Part shown: one piece after another, positions 27,055 to 39,700 of the stretch
Layout of the letters: every line of letters starts with the position of its first letter
How positions within the stretch are numbered: the first letter of the stretch is position 1
From: Mobula hypostoma
Lineage: Eukaryota
DNA: 64,000 nt
Reading direction: 5' to 3'
NCBI RefSeq assembly: GCF_963921235.1
Contig: NC_086097.1
Coordinates: 138,262,001 to 138,326,000 of the forward strand
Notes under the pieces: model-generated
Told to the model about the DNA's origin: nothing
The model's input: the letters and a program-made list of their open reading frames with translations, nothing else
Database searches by the model: none
Position numbers and translations under genes: made by a program

Positions 27055-27348
27055 TGTCTGGACCACCAGACTCAAAAAGAGTTACTTTTCCCTAAACCCT
27101 CAGGCTGATCAACAGCCCCAACCATTAATCCACCCTACTACCACTACTTCGTCATTCGCTATCAGGGTCAACTTGTGCTTAGATACTCCTGTATCTAGCC
27201 TCACTTTATGTACATACAATCAGTCGATATATATAAACTGTATTTATATTCATTGTGTTCTTTATGCTTATAGTGGATCCAGAGTAACAATCACCTCATT
27301 TTCCTTTACACTTGAGTACTATAGAGTGACAATAAACAATCTTGAACA
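27055..27348 (+). mobile_element. Rex1/Babar-type LINE 3' end
   Basis: RTTRLKKSYF...RLIN remnant followed by a 3' UTR ending aataaacaatcttgaac. Confidence 0.6.
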
Positions 27349-28390
27349 TTACACTATAGTTAAACACTGTCAGGTCCTGATGTATTGTCTCCACCTGAAA
27401 TGTCAACCACCCCTTAACTTCCATACAGATGTTGCTTGATATTCTGAGTTCTTCCAGCAGCTTGTTTTTATGCTCTGTTTGTAACATAGGGATAGGGCAA
27501 GAGCATTCACTCCTTCCAACCAGTGAGATAATAGTCAATCTGTGTCATGATTTTATATTTGTCTCTTAAATCCCATTAGCAAAAATCTTTGAATCATAAA
27601 GTCAACATCTGATCTCGTATCTAGTATCTGCAGAAAAGGTTCCAAACTTCCACTGCCTTTGGCACACTGAATTACTTCCTGACCTTCCTCTGTAAAGTCT
27701 GGCACCCACAAGAAACAGTTTCTCTGTCTACCTGATGTTCCCCCAAATATCCTGAAAGCTTGGATCAAACCAAGCAGCCTTTTAAATTTCAAGGAATACA
27801 ACACAGCTTTCTCTCAAAACATGGTGCCAAGAAATGGACCCAATACTCGAAGTGATGTCCAGAAAGTGTTTTTATAAAGGATTCATGAAATGCTTTGCTT
27901 TTACATTATGTTTCAATTTATAAAATTTAGATCCCCCTTTGATTTTTTTCAATTAGCCTTCTTAATTTGCCTGCCATCTCCAAATTCCTCCACTGCTGCA
28001 TCCCCACTAAAATGCATGTCATTTCATTTTACTTCTCATTCCTCTCAGAATGTACCGCTGCGGTCTTCTCTGTCTAGTAACATCTGCCATGTGTTCACCC
28101 TTTTCATAAGTTGCTATCTTCAACTGTCCTCCTGAAAGCCTTCAACTTAAGAGTTTATTGCCATCAACAAACTGAAACTGAAAAGGGCAGCCTATTTTTA
28201 GAGAACAAAATCACAAAGGCTGATTTATGATCATTGCTGTAAAAAGTTGCCCATTAGCTATATCGTATCACACCCGTACCCTCAACCAAAAGTAATAATT
28301 TGTGGCACTTCAGGGCATAGTATTTCTGGTAGGTTAGATTTTTGTTTGTGTATACCCAACAGAACACATTAAGAATAATTCACAAAGCTA

Positions 28391-28537
<147 letters not shown>

Positions 28538-28612
28538 TCAATCATGCGTTTTATGCAGCTTTATATTATAATCAAAATCAGCATTTTTCATAATTTGCAA
28601 AACAGAATTAAA

Positions 28613-28700
28613 AGTCCTGATGAAAGGTCTCAACCTGAAACACCACCTCTCCCTTTCCCTCCACAATTGCTACTTGACCTACTGAGTTCTTCCAGCAACT
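28613..28700 (+). ncRNA. Degenerate minimal hammerhead ribozyme in a Penelope-type terminal repeat (probably inactive)
   Basis: agtc-CTGATGA-a-AGGT-ctca-ACCT-GAAA-cacc. Both core boxes and a 4-bp stem II are intact, but the cleavage triplet and the 3' arm of stem I are mutated. Confidence 0.55.
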
Positions 28701-29144
28701 AATTTTTGACTGTGGAAATATTAAAAAATGTAGAAATATATTAGGAGGCTGCAAACCACTTCACACGAGTGAATTGGAAAAATGGATCCCACCGAAATTT
28801 GGGAAAACTCATTGTAATTCAGTATAATAAATGGATGACCTTTTAAGTAGTTCACAACATCAACAGATCAACAACAAGGTGCCCTACACAAATGGAATTC
28901 TGAGCTTCACTGAAGAGTTAAAGAGAGAAACTGATGGTATAACTTCTAAGTAATACAGTGCAGAGACAAAGTAATTGAGATCTTTTAACCCCCTTGAGCA
29001 GAGGTCACTGTTCCCATTCCCTCTTGAAAGCAGTCACAATAAAAGACCATTGTGAAATGGACATATTCTTGCTGTGTGACAAGGAACATGGATCAAAAGT
29101 GGGGACATGCATAATGATCTCTTCTTGTTCCTATGTACATTCTT

Positions 29145-29900
29145 TTCAAAGTTCAAAGTACATTTATTATCAAAGTATGTACAGTATATACAGCCTTGAG
29201 ATTCGTCTCCTTACAGGCAGCCACAGAACACACAGACTCAATAGAATCCATTAAAAAAGACTGTCAAACATCCAATCACAAACAAGAGAAAATCTGCAGG
29301 TAGCATATATAGAAAAGAGTACAGTCGATGTTACGGTCCGGACATTGACTGTACTCTTTTCCATACATGCTGTTAGGCCTGCTGAGTTCCTCCAGCATTT
29401 TGTGTGTGTTGCACTGTCAAACATCCAATGTGCAAAAAAAAAAGAACAAAATCATGCAAACAATAAAAATAAGCAAATAACATTCGGAACTAAAGTCCAC
29501 GAAAGTCAGTTCACAAACATAAAGCCGATCCAGGAGTCTGTTAGTTGCAGCACTAGTTCAGGGCAGAGATGAGCAAACCTCACCAAGCAGAGCTGAACAC
29601 CAGTCCGTCTTTCACCTCCAGCCCCAACACCTGGACCTTTGCAATCTGGTCTAGCACCTAAATCCGCCAAACCTCAGCTTGTTCCTCACTTTCAGGCCTG
29701 GCCCTGCCACCTTGATTCAGCCTGTACCCGACCTTTCCAATCTGGCCCAGCATTTAAAGTGGTCAAACACTGGCATGTTCCTCATCCTCAGGGCCTGGCT
29801 CAGCCACCTCTACTCTGTCTTGCCTTGGATCCGCTACATCAAATCGGCTTCAAGTCCGCTCCAGTAATGGCCATACATTGGCTCATTGCCTCCAATGTGA
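29145..29900 (-). mobile_element. Non-autonomous retroposon with (ttcaaag)n tail, carrying a nested insertion at 29277-29412
   Basis: The tail ttcaaagttcaaagtacatttattatcaaagta is the reverse complement of the Rex-type 3' end seen at 60760-60783. Confidence 0.55.
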
Positions 29901-30789
29901 CTATTACAGTTACTTTTCATTCAGATCCCTTACATGAAGATAAATTCTTAGTGGATTAAGAAAACACTGGTACTCTTGGCAAGCCATGAAACTATCAGCA
30001 GTCCTTGAGCCTTTCAGACACTGCTTGCTGCCTGCCCAGAATAGAACATGACCAACGTCCTTCACAGAAACACAGCTGACAATTTGTATAGATGAGACTT
30101 AGACAAAGCTGTTCATTACACGCTGGAAGCCAATTCAGTGACTAATCATCTCTCCATTCCAGCTCCTTTACAACATTTGGTGCAAGACTGCTGAACTGTG
30201 ATCAAAATAAACACCGTACCTTCACAGCAAAAACATTGGGCCGCAAGAAGGGAAACAAAACACAAAGTAATCAATCACAAGAGGAAGAAAAAATATTTTA
30301 ATAATCCTCTTGTGGGTTAGCACAAACAAAAAATTAAACACAATTTCAAAATATAAATGAGTTTGGATTCAAGATCATATTATCTTCAAATGTTTGATCT
30401 CTATATATTTTCATAGAAAACTCATTGAATTTTTGGCTTGTAATCCTCGGATTACTTTTGCATCCAATATAATTGCAGCTCTTTTCATTTCCTCTTGTTG
30501 GTCTGGTGTGAGTTTTCTTATATTCTGCTTTGCACTAACCGACCTCACCGACCTATCCGCAAATTAAAAACTTACCCATTGTTAAAATAAACTGTGATAA
30601 AAACTGAAATTAATATAACTAACAGTCTCATTGATCACCTCACCTAACATAGAATAAGGGTGAATGGGAAAATATCATGTCCACTGAGCTAGGAAATACA
30701 GGAATGAAGCGAAGGCCAATGAAGCAAAGACAGGAGCCGAGTGCGGAGGCCAACAGTAGAGAGGATGCACGGAATGGACAGCTGCAGCA

Positions 30790-33700
30790 GAGAGAGTGTG
30801 TGTGCTGTGGGGAGAGGGTGTGTGCAGTGGGGAGCGTGCAGGGAGAGGGTGTGTGCGGTGGGGAGAGTGCAGGGAGAGGGTGTGTGCGGTGGGAGAGTGC
30901 AGGGATAGGGCGTGTGCGGTGGGGAGAGTGCAGGGAGTGTGTGCGATGGGTAGAGTGCAGGGAGTGTGTGCGATGGGGAGAATGCAGGGAGAGGGTGTAT
31001 GCAGTGGGGAACATGCAGGGAGAGGGTGTGTGCGGTGGGGAGAGTGCAGGGAGAGGATTTATGCGGTGGGGAGAGTGCAGGGAGTGTGTGCGGTGGGGAG
31101 AGTGCAGGGAGAGGGTGTGTGCGGCGGGAGACTGCAGGGAGAGGGTGTGTGCAGTGGGGAGAGGGTGTGTGCGGCCGGGAGAGTGCAGGGAGAGGGTGTG
31201 TGCGGGGGGGAGAGTGAAGGGAGAGGGAGTGTGCAGGGGGGAGAGTGCAGGGAGAGGGAGTGTGCGGGGGTGAGAGTGCAGGGAGAGGGTGTGTGCGGCG
31301 GGGAGAGTGCAGGGAGAGGATGTGTGCGGTGGGGAGAGTGCAGGGAGTGTGTGCGGTGGGGAGAGTGCAGGGAGAGGGTTTGTGCGGTGGGAGAGTGCAG
31401 GGAGGGGTGTGTGCGGTGGGGAGAGTGCAGGGAGAGGGTGTGTACGGTGGGGAGAGTGCAGGGAGAGGGAGTGTGCAGTGGGGAAAGTGCAGGGAGAGGA
31501 TGTGTGCGGTGGGGAGAGTGCAGGGAGAGGGTGTGTGCGGTGGGGAGAGTGCAGGGAGAGGGTGTGTGCGGTGGGGAGAGTGCAGGGAGAGGGTGTGTGC
31601 GGTCGGGAGAGTGCAGGGCAGAGGGTGTGTGCGGTGGGGAGAGTTCAGGGAGAGGGTGTGTGCGGTGGGGAGAGTGCAGGGAGAGGGTGTGTGCGTTGGG
31701 GAGAGTGCAGGGAGAGGGTGTGTGCGGTGGGGAGAGTGCAGGGAGAGGGTGTGTGCGGTGGGGAGAGTGCAGGGAGAGGGTGTGTGCGGGGGGGAGAGTG
31801 CAGGGAGAGGGTGTGTGCGGGGGGGAGAGTGCAGGGAGAGGGTGTGTGCGGGGGGGAGAGTGCAGGGAGAGGGTGTGTGCGGGGGGGAGAGGGCAGGAAG
31901 GGGTGTGTGCGGTGGGGAGAGTGCAGGGAGTGTGTGCGGTGGGAGAGTGCAGGGAGAGGTTGTGTGCAGTGGGGAGAGTGCAGGGAGAGGGTGTGTGCAG
32001 TGGGGAGAGTGCAGGGAGAGGGTGTGTGCGGTGGGGAGAGTGCAGGGAGAGGGTGTGTGCGGTGGGGAGAGTGCAGGGAGAGGGTGTGTGCGGTGGGGAG
32101 AGTGCAGGGAGAGGGTGTGTGCAGTGGGGAGAGTGCAGGGAGAGGGTGTGTGCAGTGGGGAGAGTGCAGAGAGAGGGTGCGTGCGGTGGGGAGAGTGCAG
32201 GGAGAGGGTGTGTGCGGTGGGGAGAGTGCAGGGAGAGGGTGTGTGCGGTGGGGAGAGTGCAGGGAGTGTGTGCAGTGGGGAGAGTGCAGGGAGAGGGTGT
32301 GTGCAGTGGGGAGAGTGCAGGGAGAGGGTGTGTGCGGTGGGGAGAGTGCAGGGAGTGTGTGCGGTGGGGAGAGTGCAGGGAGAGGGTGTCTGCGGTGGGG
32401 AGAGTGCAGGGAGAGGGTGCGGTGGGGAGAGTGCAGGGAGTGTGTGCGGTGGGGAGAGTGCAGGGAGAGGGTGTGTGCGGTGGGGAGAGTGCAGGGAGAG
32501 GGTGTGTGCGGTGGGGAGAGTGCAGGGAGAGGGTGTGTGCGGTGCGGAGTGCAGGGAGTGTACAGGGAGAGTGCAGGGAGAGGGTGTGTGCGGTATGGAG
32601 AGTGCAGAGTGCAGAGGAGGGAGAGGGTGTGTGCGGTGAGGAGAGTGTGTGTGCGGAGGGGAGAGTGCAGGGAGAGGTGCGGTGGGAGAGTGCAGGGAGA
32701 GGGTGTGTGCGATGGGGAGAGTGCAGGGGGAGGGTGTGTGTGCGGTGGGGAGAGTGGGGAGGGAGTGTGATGCAGTGGGGAGAGTGCAGGGAGTGTGTGC
32801 AGTGGGGAGAGTGCAGGGAGAGGGTGTGTGCAGTGGGGAGAGTGCAGGGAGAGGGTGTGTGCGGTGGGGAGAGTGCAGGGAGAGGGGTGTGTGCGGTGGG
32901 GAGAGTGCAGGGAGAGGGTGTGTGCGGTGGGGAGAGTGCAGGGAGTGTGTGCGGTGGGGAGAGTGCAGGGAGTGTGTGCGGTGGGGAGAGTGCAGGGAGA
33001 GGGTGTGTGCTGTGGGGAGAGTGCAGGGAGAGGGTGTGTGCGGTGGGGAGAGTGCAGGGAGTGTGTGCGGCGGGGAGAGTGCAGGGAGTGTGTGCAGTGG
33101 GGAGAGTGCAGGGAGAGGGTGTGTGCAGTGGGGAGAGGGCAGGGAGAGAGTGTGTGCGGTGGGGAGAGTGCAGGGAGAGGGTGTGTGCGGTGGGGAGAGT
33201 GCAGGGAGTGTGTGCAGTGGGGAGAGTGCAGGGAGAGGGCGTGTGCGGTGGGGAGAGTGCAGGGAGAGGGTGTGTGCAGCGGGGAGAGTGCAGGAAGAGG
33301 GTGTGTGCGGCGGGGAGGGTGCAGGGAGAGGGTGTCTGCAGTGGGGAGAGTGCAGGGAGAGGGTGTGTACGGCGGGGAGGGTGCAGAGAGGAGTGTGTGC
33401 GGCGGGGAGAGTGCAGGGAGAGGGTATGTGCGATGGGGAGAGTGCAGGGAGAGGGTGTGTGCGGTGGGGAGAGTGCCGGTAAAGGGTGTGTACGGCGGGG
33501 AGGGTGCAGGGAGGAGTGTGTGCGGCGGGGAGAGTGCAGGAAGAGGGTATGTGCGATGGGGAGAGTGCAAGGAGGGGTATTGCAGTAGGGAGAGTGCAGG
33601 GAGAGGGTGTGTGCAGTGGTGAGAGTGCAGGGAGAGGGTGTGTGCGGTGGGGAGAGTGCAGGGAGAGGGTGTGTGCGGTGGGGAGAGTGCAGGGAGAGGG

Positions 33701-36700
33701 TGTGTGCAGTGGGGAGAGTGCAGGGAGAGGGTCTGTGCAGTGGGGAGAGTGCAGGGAGAGGGTGTGTGCAGTGGGGAGAGGGCAGGGAGTGTGTGCGGTG
33801 GGCAGAATGCAGGGAGTCGGTGTGTGCGGTGGGGAGAGTGCAGGGAGTGTGTGCGGTGGGGAGAGTGCAGGGCGTGTGTGTGGTGGGGAGAGTGCAGGGA
33901 GAGGGTGTGTGCGGTGGGGAGAGTGCAGGGAGAGGGTGTGTGCAGTGGGGAGAGTGCAGGGAGAGGGTGTGTGCGGTGGGGAGAGTGCAGGGAGAGGGTG
34001 CGTGCGGTGGGGAGAGTGCAGGGAGAGGGTGTGTGCGGTGGGGAGAGTGCAGGGAGTGTGTGCGGTGGGGAGAGTGCAGGGAGGGCTGTGCAGTGGGGAG
34101 AGTGCAGGGAGAGGGTGTGTGCGGTGGGGAGAGTGCAGGGAGAGGGTGTGTGCGGTGGGGAGAGTGCAGGGAGAGGGTGTGTGCGGTGGGGAGAGTGCAG
34201 GGAGAGGGTGTGTGCGGTGGGGAGAGTGCAGGGAGAGGGTGTGTGCGGTGGGGAGAGTGCAGGGAGTGTGTGCGGTGGGGAGAGTGCAGGGAGGGTTATT
34301 GCGGTGGGGAGAGTGCAGGGAGGGGTATTGCGGTGGGGAGAGTGCAGGGAGAGGGTGTGTGCGGTGGTGAGAATGCAGTGAGAGGGTATGTGTGGTGGGG
34401 AGAGTGCAAGGAGAGGGTGTGTGCGGTGGGGTGAGTGCAGGGAGAGGGTGTGTGCAGTGGGGAGAGTGCAGGGAGTGTGTGCAGTGGGGAGAGTGCAGGG
34501 AGAGGGTGTGTGAGGTGGGGAGAGTGCAGGGAAAGGGTGTGTGCGGTGGGGAGAGTGCAGGGAGAGGGTGTGTGCGGCGGGGAGCGTGCAGGGAGAGGGT
34601 GTGTGCAGTGGGGAAAGGGTGTGTGCAGTAGGGAGAGTGCAGGGAGAGGGTGTGTACTGCGGGGAGGGTGCAGGGAGGAGTGTGTGCGGTGGGGAGAGTG
34701 CAGGGAGTGTGTGCAGTGGGGAGAGTGCAGGGAGAGGGTGTGTGTAGTGGGGAGAGTGCAGGGAGAGGGTGTGTGCGGTGGGGAGAGTGCAGGGAGTGTG
34801 TGCAGTGGGGAGAGTGCAGGGAAAGGGTGTGTGCGGTGGGGAGAGTGCAGGGAGTGTGTGTGGTGGGGAGAGTGTAGGGAGAGGGTGTGTGCGGTGGGGA
34901 AAGTGCAGGGAGAGGGTGTGTGCGGTGGGGAGAGTGCAGGGAGTGTGTGCGGTGGGGAGAGCGCAGGGAGTGTGTGCAGTGGGGAGAGTGCAGGGAGAGG
35001 GTGTGTGAGGTGGAGAGAGTGCAGGGAGTGTGTGCAGTGGGGAGAGTGCAGGGAGTGTGTGCGGTGGGGAGAGTGCAGGGAGAGGGGTGTGTGCGGTGGG
35101 GAGAGTGCAGGGAGAGGGTGTGTGCGGTGGGTATAGTGCAGGGAGTGTGTGCGGTGGGGAGAGTGCAGGGAGAGGGTGTGTGCGGTGGGGAGAGTGCAGG
35201 GAGTGTGTGCGGTGGGGAGAGTGCAGGGAGAGGGTGTGTGCGGTGGGGAGAGTGCAGGGAGTGTGTGCGGTGGGGAGAGTGCAAGGAGTGTGTGCAGTGG
35301 GGAGAGTGCAGGGAGAGGGTGTGTGAGGTGGAGAGAGTGCAGGGAGTGTGTGCAGTGGGGAGAGTGCAGGGAGTGTGTGCGGTGGGGAGAATGCAGGGAG
35401 AGGGTGTGTGCGGGGGGAAGAGTGCAGGGAGAGGGTGTGTGTGGTGGGGAGAGTGCAGGGAGAGGGTGTGTGCGGTGGGGAGAGTGCAGGGAGAGGGTGT
35501 GTGCGGTGGGGAGAGTGCAGGGAGAGGGTGTTTGCAGTGGGGAGAGTGCAGGAAGGGGTGAGTGCGGTGGGGAGAGTGCAGGGAGAGGGTGTGTGCGGCG
35601 GGGAGAGTGCAGGGAGAGGGTGTGTACGGCGGCGGGGTGCAGGGAGAGGGTGTGTGCAGTGGGGAGAGTGCAGGGAGAGGGTGTGTGCGGTGGGTATAGT
35701 GCAGGGAGTGTGTGCGGTGGGGAGAGTGCAGGGAGAGGGTGTGTGCGGTGGGGAGAGTGCAGGGAGAGGGTGTGTGCGGTGGGGAGAGTGCAGGGAGAGG
35801 GTGTGTACGGTGTGTGCGGTGGGGAGAGTGCAGGGAGAGGGTGTGTGCGGCGGGGAGAGTGCAGGGAGAGGGTGTGTACGGCGGCGGGGTGCAGGGAGAG
35901 GGTGTGTGCAGTGGGGAGAGTGCAGGGAGAGGGTGTGTGCGGTGGGGAGAGTGCAGGGAGAGGGTGTGTGCGGTGGGGAGAGTGCAGGGAGAGGGTGTGT
36001 GCGGTGGGGAGAGTGCAGGGAGAGGGTGTGTGCGGTGGGGAGAGTGCAGGGAGAGGGTGTGTGCGGTGGGGAGAGTGCAGGGAGTGTGTGCGGTGGGGAG
36101 AGTGCAGGGAGAGGGTGTGTGCGGTGGGGAGAGTGCAGTGAGAGGGTGTGTGCAGTGGGGAGAGTGCAGGGAGAGGGTGTGTGCGGTGGGGAGAGTGCAG
36201 GGAGAGGGTGTGTGCAGTGGGGAGAGTGCATGGAGTGTGTGCAGTGCGGAGAGTGCAGGAGTGAGGAGTGTCTGCAGTGGGGAGAGTGCAGGGAGAGGGT
36301 GTGTGCAGTGTGGAGAGTGCAGGGAGAGGGTGTGTGCGGTGGGGAGAGTGCAGGGAGAGGGTGTGTGCGGTGGGGAGAGTGCAAGGAGAGGGTGTGTGAG
36401 GAGGGGAGAGTGCAGGGAGAGGTTATGTGCGGTGGGAGAGTGCAGGGAGAGGTTATGTGCGGTGGGAGAGGGCAGGGAGAGGGCGTGTGCGATGGGGAGA
36501 GTGCAGGGAGAGGGTGTGTGCGGTGGGGAGAGTGCAGGGAGAGGGTGTGTGCGGTGGGGAGAGTGCAGGGAGAGGGTGTGTGCAGTGGGGAGAGTGCAGG
36601 GAGAGGGTGTTTGCGGTGGGGAGAGTGTAGGAAGCGGTATGTGCGGTGGGGAGAGTGCAGGGAGAGGGTGTCTGCGGTGGGGAGAGTGCAGGGAGAGGGT

Positions 36701-39700
36701 GTGTGCGGTGGGGAGAGTGCAGGGAGAGGGTGTGTGCGGTGGGGAGAGAGCAGGGAGCCGGTGTGTGCGGTGGGGAGAGNNNNNNNNNNNNNNNNNNNNN
36801 NNNNNNNNNNNNNNNNNNNNNNNNNNNNNNNNNNNNNNNNNNNNNNNNNNNNNNNNNNNNNNNNNNNNNNNNNNNNNNNNNNNNNNNNNNNNNNNNNNNN
36901 NNNNNNNNNNNNNNNNNNNNNNNNNNNNNNNNNNNNNNNNNNNNNNNNNNNNNNNNNNNNNNNNNNNNNNNNNNNNNNNGAGAGGGTGTGTGCGGTGGGG
37001 AGAGTGCGGTGGGGAGGTGAGGGAGAGGGTGTGTGCGGTGGGGAGAATGCAGGGAGTGGGTGTGTGCGGTGGGGAGAGTGCAGGAGAGGGTGTGTGCGGT
37101 GGGGAGAGTGCAGGGAGTGTGTGCGGTGGGGAGAGTGCAGGGAGAGGGTGTGTGCGGTGGGGAGAGTGCAGGGAGAGGGTGTGTGCGGTGGGGAGAGTGC
37201 AGGAGAGGGTGTGTGCGGTGGGGAGAGTGCAGGGAGAGGGTGTGTGCGGTGGGGAGAGTGCAGGGAGAGGGTGTGTGCGGTGGGGAGAGTGCAGGGAGAG
37301 GGTGTGTGCGGTGGGGAGAGTGCAGGGAGAGGGTGTGTGCGGTGGGGAGAGTGCAGGGAGTGTGTGCGGATGGGGAGAGTGCAGGGAGAGGGTGTGTGCG
37401 GTGGGGAGAGTGCGTGGGGGATGAGGGTGTGTGCGGTGGGGAGAGTGCAGGGAGAGGGTGTGTGCGGTGGGGAGAGTGCAGGGAGAGGGTGTGTGCAGTG
37501 GGGAGAGTGCAGGGAGAGGGTGTGTGCGGTGGGGAGAGTGCAGGGAGAGGGTGTGTGTGCGCAGTGGGGAGAGTGCAGGGAGAGGGTGTGTGCAGTGTGG
37601 GTGGGGAGAGTGCAGGGAGAGGGTGTGTGCGGTGGGGAGAGTGCAGGAGAGGGTGTGTGCGGTGGGGAGAGTGCAGGGAGAGGGTGTGTGCGGTGGGGAG
37701 AGTGCAGGGAGAGGGTGTGTGCGGTGGGGAGAGTGCAGGGAGAGGGTGTGTGCGGTGGGGAGAGTGCAGGGAGAGGGTGTGTGCGGTGGGGAGAGTGCAG
37801 GGAGAGGGTGTGTGCGGTGGGGAGAGTGCAGGGTTGGGTGGGGAGAGTGTGCGGTGGGGAGAGTGCAGGGAGAGGGTGTGTGCGGTGGGGAGAGTGCAGG
37901 GAGAGGGTGTGTGCAGTGGGGAGAGTGCAGGGAGAGGGTGCGTGCGGTGGGGAGAGTTCAGCGAGAGGGTGCGTGCGGTGGGGAGAGTGCAGGGAGAGGG
38001 TGTGTGCGGCTGGGGAGAGTGCAGGGAGGTGGGAGTGCAGGAGAGGGTGTGTGCGTGGGGAGAGTGGGGAGAGTGCAGGGAGAGGGTGTGTGCGGTGGGG
38101 AGAGTGCAGGAGAGGGTGTGTGCGTGGGGAGAGTGCAGGGAGAGGGTGTGTGCGCGTGGGGAGAGTGCAGGGAGAGGGTGTGTGCGGTGGGGAGAGTGCA
38201 GGGAGAGGGTGTGTGCGGTGGGGAGAGTGCAGGGAGAGGGTGTGTGCTGGGGAGGTGCAGGGAGAGTGCAGGGAGAGGGTGTGTGCGGTGGGGAGAGTGC
38301 AGGGAGAGGGTGTGTGCGGTGGGGAGAGTGCAGGGAGAGAGGTGAGGAGAGGGTGTGCGGTGGGGAGAGTGCAGGGAGAGGGTGTGTGCGGTGGGGAGAG
38401 TGCAGGGAGAGGGTGTGTGCGGTGGGGAGAGTGCAGGGAGAGGGTGTGTGCGGTGGGGAGAGTGCAGGAGGGGTGTGTGCGTGGGGAGAGTGCAGGGAGG
38501 GGTATTGTGAGTGGGGAGAGTGCAGGGAGAGGGTGTGTGCGGTGGGGAGAGTGCAGGGAGGGTGTGTGCGGGGGAGAGTGCAGGGAGAGGGTGTGTGCGG
38601 TGGGGAGAGTGCAGTGTGTGCGGTGGGGAGAGTGCAGGGAGAGGGTGTGTGCGGTGGGGAGAGTGCAGGGGAGGGTGTGTGCGTGGGGAGAGTGCAGGGA
38701 GAGGGTGTGTGCGGTGGGGAGAGTGCAGGGAGAGGGTGTGTGCGGTGGGGAGAGTGCAGTGTGTGCGTGGGGGAGTGAGGGGTGTGTGCGGTGGGGAGAG
38801 TGCAGGGAGAGGGTGTGTGCGGTGGGGAGAGTGCAGGGAGAGGGTGTGTGCGGTGGGGAGAGTGCAGGGAGAGGGTGTGTGCGGTGGGGAGAGTGCAGGG
38901 AGAGGGTGTGTGCAGTGGGGAGAGTGCAGGGAGAGGGTGTGTGCGGTGGGGAGAGTGCAGGTGAGAGAGGGTGTGTGCGGTGGGGAGAGTGCAGGGAGAG
39001 GGTGTGTGCGGTGGGGAGAGTGCAGGAGAGGGTGTGTGTGTGGTGGGGAGAGTGCAGGGAGAGGGTGTGTGCGGTGGGGAGAGTGCAGGGAGAGGGTGTG
39101 TGCGGTGGGGAGAGTGCAGGGAGAGGGTGTGTGCGGTGGGGAGAGTGCAGGGAGAGGGTGTGTGCGGTGGGGAGAGTGCAGGGAGAGGGTGTGTGCAGTG
39201 GGGAGAGTGCAGGGAGAGGGTGTGTGCGGTGGGGAGAGTGCAGGGAGAGGGTGCGTGCAGTGGGGAGAGTGCAGGGAGTGGGTGTGTGCGGTGGGGAGAG
39301 TGCAGGGAGAGGGTGTGTGCGGTGGGGAGAGTGCAGGGAGAGGGTGTGTGCGGTGGGGAGAGTGCAGGGAGAGGGTGTGTGCGAGTGGGGAGAGTGCAGG
39401 TGCAGGAGAGGGTGTGTGCGAGTGGGGAGAGTGCGGGAGAGGGGTGTGTGCGGTGGGGAGAGTGCAGGGAGAGGGTGTGTGCGGTGGGGAGAGTGCAGGG
39501 AGAGGGTGTGTGCGGTGGGGAGAGTGCAGGGAGAGGGTGTGTGCGGTGGGGAGAGTGCAGGGAGAGTGTGTGCAGTGGGGAGAGTGCAGGGAGAGGGTGT
39601 GTGCGGTGGGGAGAGTGCAGGGAGAGGGTGTGTGCGGTGGGGGGGAGAGTGAGGGAGAGGGTGTGTGCGGTGGGGAGAGTGCAGGGAGAGGGTGTGTGCG

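Noticed and set aside
30576..30591. Possible 16-nt microexon (atcacag|TTTATTTTAACAATGG|gtaagt) beside the array
   Set aside because: It is frameshifting and AT-rich, and the neighbouring EMC2 exons already join in phase without it.
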